Shown one piece after another: positions 48,548-64,000 of a stretch of DNA of 64,000 nt. The DNA comes from the human T2T-CHM13v2.0 reference genome, Homo sapiens. Positions within the stretch are counted from its first letter, which is position 1; each line of letters starts with the position of its first letter. The stretch is taken from assembly GCF_009914755.1 (NCBI RefSeq), contig NC_060947.1; one strand, given 5' to 3'. Below the pieces are notes generated by a model. That model was not told the origin of the DNA and ran no database searches. It was given only the letters and a program-made list of their open reading frames with translations. The position numbers were made by a program, and so were the translations under genes.

Positions 48548-51276
48548 AAGCAGCTAAGCAGGGCCCAGCAGTAGTTAGAACTGATGGGCCCATAGGAAGC
48601 TAGACATCTTGGTTACCATGTTTCTTCCATCATTGTTTAAGCCCAGGAGTAGGAATAGAGTAAATGAATAGTGAATGTTATGAAGGATGGGCAAGAAGGA
48701 CCTGATAGACTGGGTTAACAAGAATAGGTGTGGTATTGACAATGAACATGAAGAGTGGATTGGTGATAGGGAGATTTTGAATTTTGGTATTTAATAGGTT
48801 TTTCCAAGACTAGAAGTGATCCATTTCATGTCAGAATGATATTTTTATACTTCAGCTCAATTTCTAGAGTTTTCCCCTTTAACAGGATAATAAGCCTTCA
48901 ACAAAGAACCAGATGAACAGAAAGTATACTAAATAAGAAAGACAACTGGTTAACCCACATTGAAAAAGTGAATTGATAATAAAAGTTATATGATAAAATG
49001 AGATAAAATGTTTAGCTGTAAATTCAGCAAAACTAAAACAAAATGATAATAGTGCTGAGAAGGGTGGATTGAAACAGTTGCTATAATACGTTACTGATGT
49101 TGGCATAAATTGGTACCCCTTTTTGAAAACCAAAATGGCAAATACGTGTCAAGGATCTCAAAAATATTGGTACTCCTTCACCCAGTGGTTTCACATTGGG
49201 TATTATAATCAAGTGAAATAATCCTATACGTGGAAAAAGCTTCATAGATAAAAATGTGAATAGAAGTGTTAATTATAATCTTAAAACTTTGAAAACAAGT
49301 TAAATGCTTAACATATTTAACAAGAGGTTCAACTAAATTCATGCATTGAATGGACTTTATGGATAAAATATGAATCAAAGTATTATACTGTGTCTAATTC
49401 TGAACTTTAGAAACTAGTTAAGTATCTAACGATAGCGTCAACAAAAATAGTTTATCTACTGAATGAACTTGGACTGTCATGAAGAAAATGAAAATTTGTG
49501 AAAACATATATGTAAATGAGCTACAGAATTATTTTGAAAGTAAGGTTAATATTCTAATTACATTTAAAATGTATGGATAGGACAAAAAAAGAAACTGAAA
49601 GGTAGTTAATATGCATTTTCTCCTATTCTCTACTTTTAAATAATTATCAAACATACTCTTTACATTTAAAAAATAATTGAAACCAATGCACTGGAGAGCT
49701 TGATATTGAAAAGTACTCTGTGTCAAATATTTCCATAAGGCAAAGAATCCTTCTGTGTAAGACAAATAATTGTTGTATTCTTTTTTATATTGGATTGTTT
49801 AAAACAAGGTATGTATTTGTCTACTGTGATTCACTCAATTTTGTCAATATGAAATATTTCTTAGTACTGGCATTTCTTACTTTAAAGTGGAGATGATGGT
49901 TTTGAGATATGAAATAAGATCACTGATATTTTTACCACAAAATAAATATTTGGTGATGCTTGTGCAGAAAGGAAAACGACTCTATTGGCAAAGGCATGTT
50001 CACTTATGTTGAAAGAATAGAGGGTATGGGTCAGAGAAATGTCCTCGTTAGCTTTAGTTGAATTAAACTGCTCCAGGGAGGAGCTCCGGAGTCCATCTCT
50101 GCTGTGAGATTTGAAGCAATCCTATTTATACTGAATTCATCCTATTTTTACTACATCTCCAAGAGAGACTGCATGTTCATAAACTTAGCTGTGGTATTGA
50201 TTTTAGCTACTAGGCAAAAAAAAAAAAAAAAAAAAAAGAGAGGGGAAAAGCAGGAAAGAAGGATGGATGCCTATAATGGGCCAAACACTGAGATAGGCAC
50301 CTCAGGTACATCTCATTTTATCTTTCCACCATCCCTTTAGGATAGATATAATTAGAAGCACTTTAGAGAGGATAATTTAAGTAATTTATCAAAGGGTATA
50401 TAATGATTTAGTAGTGAAGCTGAAATTTTAGCCCAGGATTATCTGATTTAAAACCAGTGCCTTTATGGAATGATGTTTACATTGGGAATACGGAGGAAGA
50501 GAACATTATATGCTTGCTCTTAAAGCTCTCTGTTTGATTAGATGACTCATTCTACAAATACTGACAATTTGCTTGTAGGCACTAATAAGGAGTTCAGATA
50601 AATTCACATATTTGATATATAAAATAAGATTAGAAAGGTAAATAATTTACTGTAACTTTGATGTGTTCTAAAGACAAATTATAAAGAATTTTGAGATGAA
50701 TTTTGTTCTGGATTTCTATGCCAGTGATTTCTCCCATTAAAAATGATAACTTAGAGCTGCAGAATTTATGACAAATTATAGGAAAGATTGATAGTGTGTC
50801 ACTTTAGGGAAATAAACTTCTTTCCCTATATGTGTAACTAGTATTAATCCAAAATACTAGTTACAAATCGAAATGAAGAAAACAATACAAAATGAAAGAA
50901 AACGTTGGTATTTTGAAAAGTTAAACAAAATTGACAAACTTTTAGCCAGACTAAGAAAAAAGTGGAGAAGATTTAAATAAAAATCATAGATGAAAATGAG
51001 ACATTACAACTTATACTGCAGGAATTCAAAGGATTATTAGTGGCTGCTACAAGCAATTATATGCCAATAAATTGGAAATTCTAGAAGAAATAGACAAATT
51101 TCTAGACACGTACAATCAACCAAGATTGAACCATGAAGAAATCCAAAACCTGAACAGACCAATTACAAGTAAAAAGATCAAAGCCATAACAAAATGTTTA
51201 TCAGTAAATAAAAGCCTGAAACCCAATGGCTTCACTGCTGAATTTTACCAAACATTTAAAGAAATGCTAATACCAA

Positions 51277-51520
51277 ACACTGCATGTTCTCATTCCTAAG
51301 TGGGAGTTGAACAATGAGAACACATAGACACAGGGAGGGTAACATCACACACCGGGACCTGTCTGTGGGTGGGGGAGTAGGGGAGGGACAAGATTAGGAG
51401 AAATACTTAATATAGGTGACGGGTTGACGGGTGCAGCAAACCACCAGGGCATGTGTATACCTATGTAACAAAACTGCATGTTCTGCACATGCAACCCAGA
51501 ACTTAAAGTATAATAATAAA
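51277..51520 (+). mobile_element. Short L1PA 3' end nested in L1MA ORF2
   Basis: gtgggagttgaacaatgagaacac..acttaaagtataataataaa; TSD aaagaaatgctaataccaa (51258-51276) / aaagaaatggcaataccaa (51521-51539). Confidence 0.9.
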
Positions 51521-51641
51521 AAAGAAATGGCAATACCAATTTTACTCAAACTATTCTGATAAATAGAGGAGGAACGAATAGTTCCAAAATCATTCTACAA
51601 GGCCAATATTACCCTGGTGCCAAAATCACACTAGAATACAT

Positions 51642-51708
51642 AAAAAAGAAAAAGAAAGAAGGAAGGAAGGAAAGAAAGAAAGAAAGAAAGAAAGAGAAAG
51701 AAAGAAAC
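51642..51708. repeat. (GAAA/GGAA)n microsatellite inside L1
   Basis: aagaaagaaggaaggaaggaaagaaagaaagaaag.. Confidence 0.9.
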
Positions 51709-53288
51709 TACAGGACAATATCTCTGATGAATACTGATACAAAATTTTTCAAAAATATATTAGCAAACAGAATTCAACACTATATTAGAAAGATCATTCA
51801 TCCTGACCAAGTGAGAATTTTTTCTGGAATGCAATGATCGTTCAATATATGCAAATCAACCAATGTGACACATTATATCAACAGAATGAAGGATAACAAC
51901 CATCTGATCATTTCAATTGATGCTGAAAAAGCATTTGATATAATTCAACGTCTTTTAAGATAAAAGCCATCAAAAAGACTTAGTATAGAAGGAACATACT
52001 TCAACACAATAAAAGCCATATATGACTGAACCACAGCTAGTATCATACTGAATGAGGAAAAACTGAATGCCTTTCCTATAAGATATGGAGCACTACATTG
52101 ATGCCACTTTCACCACTGTTATTTAACATAGTACTGGGAGTCTTAGCTAGAGCAACCAGCCAAGAAAAATACCTAAAGTTATCCAAACTCAAAATGAAGA
52201 AGTCAAATTATCCCTGTTTGCAAATGATATAATGTTGAATTCAAAGAGTTTTAAAGACTTCACCAAAAAACCATTAGGACTGATAAACAAACTCAGTAAA
52301 GTTGCAGGATGCAAAATCAACATACAAAGTCAGTAGCATTTCTATATGTCAACAGCAAATAATATGAAAAATAATATAAGAAGTAATTCCATTTACAATA
52401 GCCACAAATAAAATTAAATACCTAGGAATTAACTTAACCAAAGATCTTAAAGTTTTCTACAATGAAAATGTAAAGCATTGATGAAAGAAATTGAAGATGA
52501 CATAAAAAATTGAAAAAATATTCCATGATCATGGATTGAAATAATCAATACATTAAAATGTTCATACTGTCCAAAACAATCTACAGATTCAATTAATATA
52601 AAAATATCAATGACATTCTTCACAGAAATAAAAAAAAATCTAAAATTCATGGGTAACCACAAAAGACCCAGAATAGCCATAGCTATCCTAAGTGTAAAGA
52701 ACAAAACTAGAGGAATCACATTACCTGACTTCCAATTATAATACAGAGCTATACTAATCAAAACAGCAAGGTATTGGCATAAAAACAAACACATACACCA
52801 AGGTGACAGAATAGAGAACCCAGAAACAAATCCTCACATCTACGGTGAACTCATTTTTGACAAAGGTGCCAAGAACATACACTGGGGAAAAGAGAGTCAC
52901 TTCAATAGATGGTGCTGGGAAAACTGGACATCCATATGCAGAAGAATGAAACTTGACCCCTATCTCTTGCCATATACAAAAACCATTTCACAATGAAGAC
53001 TTAAATCTAATACCTCAAACTATGAAATGACTACAAGAAAACACTGTAGAAACTCTCCAGGACATTGATCTGGGCAAAAATTTGTTGAGAAATATCCCAA
53101 AAGCACAGGCAACGAAAGTAATCATGGACAAATGGGATCACATCAAGTTAAAAAGTTTCTTCACAACAAAGGAAACAATAAACAAAGTGAAGAGACAACC
53201 CAAAGAATGGGAGAAAATATTTGCAAACTACCCATCTGACAGGGGATCGGTAACGAGCATATATGAGAGGCTCAAACCACTCTATAGG

Positions 53289-53579
53289 GGCCATGCATGG
53301 TGGCTTAGACCTTTAATCCCAGCACTTTGGGAGACTAAGACGGGCAGATCACTTGAGGCTAGGAGTTTGAGACCTGCCTGACCAACAAGGTGAAACCCCG
53401 TCTCTACTAAAAATACAAAAATTAGCCGGGAGTAGTGGCACAAATCTGTAAGACATGCTTCTCAGGAAGCTGAGACACGAAAATCACTTCAACCCAAAAG
53501 GTGGAGGTTGCAGTGAGCCAAGATTGTACCACTGCACTTCAGCCTGGTTGACAGAGTGAGACTGCCTCAAACAAACAAA
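53289..53579 (+). mobile_element. AluS nested in L1MA
   Basis: Dimer; TSD aaaccactctatagg / aaacaactctatagg. Confidence 0.92.
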
Positions 53580-56500
53580 AAACAACTCTATAGGAAAAAT
53601 TCTAATAATCCAATTAAAACGTAGGCAAAAGATTTGAATAATCCTTTGTCAAAAGAAGACATATGAGTTGCAAACAGATGTGAAAGTGTGCTAAACATCA
53701 CTGATCATTAGAGAAATGCAAATAAAAACTACAATGAGATATAATCTCACCTCAGTTAATATGGCTTTTATCCAAAGGTCAGGCAATAATACATGCTGGT
53801 AAGGATGAGGAGAAAAGGGATCATTCATACACTGTTGGTGGGAATGTAAATTAATACAGCCACTATACAGAACAGTTTGGAGGTTCCTCAAAAACCTAAA
53901 AGTAGAACTACCATATGATTCAGCAATCCTGCTGCTGGGTATATACACTAAAAAAAGCAAATCAGTATATCAAAGAGATATCTGCAATCTCATGTTTGTT
54001 GCCACACTGTACACAATAGCCAAGATTTGGAAGTAACCTAAGTGTCCATGAACAGATGAGTGGGTTAAGAAAATGTGGTATTTATACATAATAGAGTAGT
54101 ATTCAGCCATGAAAAAGAATGAGATCCAGTCATTTGCAACAAAATGGAGGGAACTGGAGATTACCATTTTAAGTGATATAAGCCAAGAACAGAGAGACGA
54201 TCACCACGTTCTCACTTATTTGTGGGATCTAAAAATCAAGCAATTGAACTCATGGAGATAGAGAATAGAAAGATGGTTACCAGAGGTTGAGAAAGGTAGT
54301 GGGTGATTGAGAAGTGGGTTTGGTTAATGGCACAAAAAACAGAAACAATGAGTAAGATCTAGTATTTGATACCAAAACATGAAGACTACGGTCAAAAATA
54401 AATTAATTGTATACTTTAAGATAACTAATAATATAATAATTATGTTGTTTATAATACAAACAATACATATTGGAGTTATGGATACCCCGTTTACCCAGAT
54501 GTGATTATTATCCATTGCATGCCTGTATCAAAACATGTCATATACCCAATAAATATATATACCTACTATGTACATACAAAAATTCAAAATAAAAAAAAGA
54601 ACAAAATACTGGCTATGGAGCAATGTTAGGTCCTTAGAGGAAAAAGGATTTCATGTTAGGTCATTTTTGCATTATTATACAACTGCTTCTCCAACTATGT
54701 ATGCTATGTTTTTGAGGGGTCTTAGTATAAATTATTTTTTGAGTTATGTGTAGAAATTCTTGAAAGCTTGTTCTATAAAATGAAGCAAGATGCATACTGT
54801 GACTTTAACATATTCATTTTGACATCTAAACACTGTTAAAGCTTCAAAAGAACTTAGGGACTTTTCCTTTTTTGACTAGGCATTTGCAAAGGTGAGTCTA
54901 TTAGTTCATTCTCACACTGCTATAAACAACTACCCAAGACTGGGTAATTTATAAAGAAAAGAAGTTTAATTTACTTACAGTTCCACAGGCTATAAAGCAG
55001 ACATGGCTTGGGAGGCCTCGGGAAACTTACAATCATGGTGGAAGGCAAAGGGGAAGCAAGCACATCTACACTTGTTGGCAGGAGGCGTTGAGTTAGGTGC
55101 TACACACTTTTAGACAAGCAGAAATAAGGGGATGGTGCTAAACCATTAGAAACCACCCCCCATGATCCAATCAGCTCTCACCAGGCCCCTCCTCCAACAA
55201 TGAGAATTACAATTTGACATGAGATTTGGGTGGGGATGCAGAGCTGAACCATATCATTATGCCTCTGGCCCCTCCCAAATCTCATGTCCTTTTCACATTG
55301 CAAAATACTGTCATCTCTTCTCAACAGTCTTCCAAAGTCTTAACTCCTTTCAGCATTAACTAAAAAGTCCAAGTCCAAAGTCTCATTTGAGATGAGGCAA
55401 GTCCATTTTTCCTATAAGCCTGTAAAATAAAAAGAAGTTAGTTACTTCCAAGATACAGTAGGAGTACAGGCATTAGGTAAGTGCTCCTATTACAAAAGGG
55501 GGAAATTGGCCAAAACTGACAAAATTGCTCTATGTAAGACTGAAACCAAGTAGGACAATTATTACATCTTAAAGTTTCAAAATAATCTTCTTTGACTGCA
55601 TGTCTCACATCCAGGGCACACTCATGCAAGGGATGTGATCCCAGGGCCTTGGGCAACTCTGATCCTGCAGCTCTGCAGGGTACAGCCTTGGCAACTGCAC
55701 TCATGGGCTGGTGATGAGTGCCTGTGGCTTTACCAGGTCCACGGTGCAAGCTGTGAGTGGATCTACCATTCTTCCTGGAGGCAGTGGCCCCTTTCTCACA
55801 GCTACACTAGGCAGTACCCCAGTGTAGCCTCTGTGTGGGGGCTCCAACCCCACATTTTCTCTCAGCACTGCCCCAGTAGAGGTTCTGCATGAGGGCTCCA
55901 TGCTTGCAGCAGACTTCTGCCTGGACATCCAGGTATTTTCATACATCCTCTGAAATCTAGGCCGTGACTCCCAAGCTTCAACTCTTGCCTGCTGTACCCC
56001 CACAGCCTTAACATCATGTGGAAGTACCCAAGGCTTGTAGCTTCCATCATCTGGAGCAGTGGCCTGACACATATCTGGGGCCCTTTTAGCCATGGCTGTA
56101 GCTGGAGTGGCTGGAACATGAGTTGCCATATCCTGAGGCTGCACAGAGCAGTGGAGCTCTGTGCCTGGCCCACAAAACCATTTTACTATTCCAGGCCTCT
56201 GGGCTTTTGATGGCAGGGGCTGCCATAAAGGCCTCTGAAATGCCCTGGAGGCATTTTCTTTATTGTCTTGGCTATTAACATTCAGCTCCCTTTACTTATG
56301 CAAATTTCTGCAGTCAGCTTGAATTTCTTCCCTGAAAATGGGTTTTTATTTTCTACCATACGGTTAGGTTTCAAATTTTCCAAACTTTTATTATCTGCTT
56401 CCCTTTTCAATGTAAGATGCAATTTCAGACCATTTCTTTGTGAATGTATATGAGCTATGCTGTTAGAAGCAGCCAGGCTACATCTTGAACCCTTTGCTCC

Positions 56501-56700
56501 TTAGAAATTTCTTCCACCAGAGACCCTAAATCAGGGATGTCCAATCATTTGGCTTCCCTGGACCACAATGGAAAAAGAACAATTGTCTTGGGCCACACAT
56601 AAAATACAATGACACTAGTGATAGCTGATGAACTAAAAAATATTGCAAAAAAAAAATCTCATAATGTTTTAAGAAAGTTTATGACTTTGTGTTGGATCAT

Positions 56701-59287
<2,587 letters not shown>

Positions 59288-60907
59288 GCCACATTCAAAG
59301 CTGTCCTGGGCAGCATGCAGCCCACAGACCACAGGTTTGACAAGCTTGCCCTAAACCATCTCTCTCAAGTGCAAATTTCAACAGATCCCTTGAGCTGGGG
59401 CACAGTGTCACCAGTCTCTTTGCTGAAGCACAGTAGTTGTGACCATTACTCCAGTTTCAAATAAGTTCTTCATCTTCATCAGAGACCACCTCAGTATGGA
59501 CCTTATTGTCCATGTCACTATCAGCATTTCGGTCATAACAATTTAACAAGTCTCTAGGAAGCTCCAAACTTTCCATCATCTTTCTGCCTTCTTCTGAGCC
59601 CTCCAAATTGTACCAACCTTTCCTCCAAAGTTGGTTCCACATTTTCAGGTATCTTTATAGTAATACCCCACCCCTGGTACCAATTTTATGTATTAGTTCA
59701 TTCTTACACTGCTATAAAGAACTTTTTGAGATTGGACAATATATAAAGAAGAAAGAGGTTTAATTGACCCACACCTCCAAAGACTGTACAGGAGCCATGG
59801 CTGAGGAGGCCTCAGGAAACTTACAATCATGGCAAAGGGTGAAGGGGAAGGAAGCACGTCCTCGCCTGGTGGCAGGAGAGAGAGGGAGAGGTGCTACACA
59901 CTTTTAGACAAGCAGCAGTAGGAGGATGGTGCTAAGCCATTAGAAACTGCCCTCATGATCAAATATCCTCCCAGCAGGCTGCTCCTCCAACACTGGGAAT
60001 TGCAATTTGACATGGGATTTCGGTGGGGACACAGAGCCAAACCATATCAATGAGTCAGTAGTATATTTCGTTATTTTTTTAAAGGATATGAAGAATGAAT
60101 TTTGGTGTCATTTAATATTTTCTTCTTTCCTCTACTTTTGCCTTTTTTGGGTAAAAATCTAGTGTCTCTTTTAGCTTTTCTCCCTTCTTTTGCATGTAAT
60201 ACTGGGACTCATTTGGACAGTATCAGTCCTCCTGAGACTGTCAAGTATTGATTTAGTGACAGGTGTTTAGAATGATGTTGTCTACCACGCTTGATTTCTA
60301 CAACTTAAGTCTGATGTTTCCTTTTCTGGAGTCAATCTTGCCACTCATCTTTAGTTCAACAAACTTTCCTTGAAGTTTATTTTGTGTCAAGTAGGTCAGA
60401 GTTCCTATGCTAGAGGTGAGTACCTCACTATCCAGAGGAGAAGGAAGACAACCTGATTTTTTGGTGTGTATTCTATCATAAAACATGAAAACTACAATAT
60501 TTTAATGGATAGCACATTTTCTAAGTAATTTAAACCTTAATTAACCAAAACCCAACTAATTTTAAACTTAAGTAACCATGTTTTTATATTCTCAATTTTC
60601 ATGAAAAAAAATCACACAAAAAGGAAACTGACTATTTTTAAGTAAAATATCAATTATAATTGTATATCACTTGCTTTCATGAAAGTATTCCAAATCATTA
60701 GGAATGATTAGGTAGTCTTTTTGTGTATCTGTTTCTAGAAATCTGTTTGTATTATATAGTTTTTCTATTAAGAACTTTTTAAGAAATCTCTTCTGGGGGC
60801 TTTTGTTTATTCTTAGTAGTTGGAACTAATGTAGTCTGACTAAAATACACATGGGTGTCTGCTCTGTGATGTTTAAACTTATCTGTTTTGTTTGTTTTTC
60901 ATTTCAG

Positions 60908-60940
60908 GAAGCAGAAGTGCAAGCAAAGCAGCAAGCATGA
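60908..60940 (+). CDS. SH3BGRL: SH3BGRL last coding exon
   Basis: tttttcatttcag|GAA acceptor; EAEVQAKQQA-TGA is the known SH3BGRL C-terminus. Confidence 0.95.
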   Translation, partial: EAEVQAKQQA

Positions 60941-62260
60941 ACCTTAAGCACTGTGCTTTAAGCATCCTGAAAAATGAGTCTCCATTGCTTTTATAAAATA
61001 GCAGAATTAGCTTTGCTTCAAAAGAAATAGGCTTAATGTTGAAATAATAGATTAGTTGGGTTTTCACATGCAAACATTCAAAATGAATACAAAATTAAAA
61101 TTTGAACATTATGGTGATTATGGTGAGGAGAATGGGATATTAACATAAAATTATATTAATAAGTAGATATCGTAGAAATAGTGTTGTTACCTGCCAAGCC
61201 ATCCTGTATACACCAATGATTTTACAAAGAAAACACCCTTCCCTCCTTCTGCCATTACTATGGCAACTTAAGTGTATCTGCAGCTCTACATTAAAAAGGA
61301 GAAAGAGAAATAACCTGTCTCTCATTCCTAAGTTGCCTCATTAATTTTCATGAACAAGAATATGTACCTTTTTGATGCTATATTACTGCGATTAAAAAGT
61401 TCTTGCAGGTAATGTTTATGATATGTTAAACGTTGTAATTTCTTATCGTAATTATAACATTCCCATTCTTTTGTAGATGAAACTTCTACATATTGAACCA
61501 CAGATTTTCTGAGCTTCTAAATGTAGCCTTTCATTGCACATTTCAGTGATCAGAATAGATATCCTTTTACACGCACAAAAGCAATAGATTCATTCAGTGG
61601 ACAAGTTCCTTGTTTAACTACACAGCTATGATGGAATGATATATCCAAGTTCCTTGCCTCAGTGAAATATGCATATGTATATCATGAAAGTGGGATGCCA
61701 AGTAAGCTTAAAATGGCATTCTCTAGCAAAGAGATTAGACTTTTAAATAACTCTTATAAAACAGGTTGGCGATCATTTCCCAAGATTGGTTTCCCTTGAG
61801 TTTTTGCTAAAACAAATCTTAGTAGTTTTGCCCGTTTAAAACAACTCACAATCGTAAATGCTACTATTCCTAAGATATCTTACCTTTTTATTTCAGTTTA
61901 GCCATGTATTGTATGAGTGTATTAGTCTAAGCAGTGAGAATCTTTTCTATGCCTCTATTCCAGCAAAAAGTAGAAGTATCAAATAAAAAGGGCAACTTTT
62001 AAAATATTAAGCCTGAAGACTTCTAAAAAGACAAGAAACATGGCCTAAATAACCAACATAGATTTACATAGTAAGTTTCACACTACCTTATTACCAAAAG
62101 CAAACACCTCTTACTTTAAACTACATTATCATGTATATCTATTGTATGCTGGTCTTTACTTTTTGCCAAAATCAACATATAATGAAGAGATGCCTTTGTT
62201 TCATGAGATTCAAACTTGATGCTATGCTTTAAAATAAACTCAGTACTTTTAGAAACATAA
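60941..62260 (+). other. SH3BGRL: SH3BGRL 3' UTR (end approximate)
   Basis: Repeat-free AT-rich sequence after the stop codon, up to the AATAAA signals. Confidence 0.75.
62233..62238 (+). terminator. Probable distal polyadenylation signal AATAAA (alternatives: AATAAA 61982, ATTAAA 61094 and 61391)
   Basis: AATAAA followed ~25 nt later by the GU/U-rich ttatgtgttcttggagttt; upstream TGTA motifs at ~62132 and ~62143. Confidence 0.7.
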
Positions 62261-63487
62261 CTTATGTGTTCTTGGAGTTTATATAATAGTAATTTTAGAT
62301 GAGTAATATCTTTTTTTAGAGGGTTGGGAATGCAAAAAGAGAAAATAGTAGAAAGAAAAAGCTTTGAATGCAATTCAAGGTTTTCGTTTTCTATGTTTTC
62401 TTTTTAGGGCTTTTAATCTCACAATACACATGAGGTCAAATGAACAATTTTATTGGGTTTACAAAAATACGGCATAAAGAACTCTAGAGAAAACAGGGTG
62501 CTTTGTAATACACTGGAAACGCAAAAAAAGTTTTTTAGTCAATATTTTCTCCTAAGCTTTATTAAATGTTGCTGATGATACTTGCAATATTTTATGTGGT
62601 CATTTTCACTTTTATTTTAATGTCAAATAAGTTAACACTGCCAAAATGGGCATTCTTTAAAAATAGATGTATTTTTTGCCATGTTTATATAACTTAAAAT
62701 TAACATAGTATATTAAAGTAAAAGGTTGAATTGAGTCTTCCTAAACTGAAATATTTTATTTTGTCAGCTGAGAAATATGTTTTGTAGATACAAAAATGCA
62801 AGTGAAATTCTGAATATGAAGGTGAGTTTTATTTAAAAAAATCTCCAAAATATTTGGCCGGAAAATATAATCTTTGCCACTTGTTATATTACATTCAGAT
62901 TGTTTCTGTTTGTAAATCAGACTTGTTTATTTGTTATGTTCAGTTATTGAGCTGGTTTGTTCTTGGGAATATTTGACTCTCAGGAAGATTTTCATTTTCA
63001 CCAAACAATGCAAATTGGACGTCGATTGCATTGTTAAATGTCAACATTTCTTTGGGAGTCTGAGTGTAGGGGTAAACAGAATTTTAAAACAGAAGTTGTT
63101 AATTACTTGCTTGGGAAAGTTTAAATACAGAAAATGTTGGTGAAGTCAGATTTCATTGCACATATTCCATTCATTCAGCAAAAGGAAAAATGAGGATTCA
63201 CATGGATTTTATTACCCAGTTGTGGATGCTGAAAAATATTGAAAGGTTGACATTGGTCTAATCTTTTTAATGTAAAATACATATTTCTTTTCTTTTGAAG
63301 AATTCCAACAAAACTGATTAAGAAACATGCACATTTGATTAATTTGAACCTTCTAGTCTTCTGCTTCCACCCATCATTCTTCCCCTGTATCTATTATCAC
63401 CTTCCTTTATTTAGCAAACAAAATTTTGAAATCCTTTGTAAAGAGTACTATAATGTTACCATAATTCCTATTTTCACACAATTGTCT

Positions 63488-64000
63488 TTTTAACATCTTT
63501 ACTGAGATATACAATTCACATACTGTAAACTTTGCTCATTTAAAGTGTATAAGGCAGTGACTTTTACTATATTCACAGAATCATGCAACCATCACTAAGA
63601 TTTAAGTTTAGAATGTTTCATCACCCAACAAATAAACTCTACCCAATAGCAGTCACTCCCCATCCCCCACTCCCTCAGCACTATGCAAACACCAACTTAC
63701 TTTCTGTCTCTGTGGATTTACCTATTCTAGACATTTTATATAACTAAAATCATACAATATGTGGTCTTTTGTGGTTTGTGTCTTCTAGTTACCACATTTT
63801 TGAGTTTCATCCTTGTTGTAGCATGCATTAGTACTTCACATGTTTTATTGAATAACATTCCATTGTATGGATAAAAGCACATTATGTTTGCCCATTAATC
63901 AGTTGATGGACATTTGGGTGGTTTCCACTTTTTGGCTGTTACGCATAATGCTGCTATGAACATCGGTGTACAAATTTTTTGTTGGAATACCTGTTTTTGT
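63488..64000 (-). mobile_element. L1MB-type 3' end, continues past the window
   Basis: tttactgagatatacaattcacatac..ttaaagtgta..tattcacag..caaccatcac..cctattctagacattt. Confidence 0.8.

Larger units (their letters stand above)
50865..54601 (+). mobile_element. 5'-truncated L1MA2/3-like LINE-1 with nested insertions
   Basis: ORF2 fragments ([26 protein letters not shown]); same 3' UTR type as 830-7445; degenerate TSD caaaatactagttac / caaaatactggctat. Confidence 0.88.

Noticed and set aside
60879-61073. Antisense ORF overlapping the last exon
   Set aside because: Short, non-ATG start, AT-rich; reflects the complement of SH3BGRL sequence

Overview
Primate (very likely human, chromosome X) genomic DNA covering the 3' part of SH3BGRL on the + strand: the distal ~40 kb of intron 1, coding exons 2 (40701-40886), 3 (42048-42128) and 4 (CDS 60908-60940), and the 3' UTR. 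Exon 1 and the promoter lie upstream of the window. The rest is mostly transposon-derived: five large L1s, about ten Alus, MER52/MLT1/MST/THE1 LTR elements, MER30 and MADE1 DNA transposons, and MIR/L2 relics. Almost all ORFs in the supplied track are repeat-derived or spurious. I found no evidence for a new biological system. The most unusual observations are (i) a 248-bp, ~98%-identical inverted copy of an old L1's own ORF1 placed just outside that L1, (ii) a four-level nested insertion MST>MER30>THE1>Alu, (iii) candidate alternative SH3BGRL outputs (alternative last exon or intronic polyA after exon 3, a 75-nt poison exon, a stop-free exon 2-3 circle), and (iv) L1s with large internal deletions. 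Repeat subfamily names come from my recollection of consensus sequences and need RepeatMasker confirmation.
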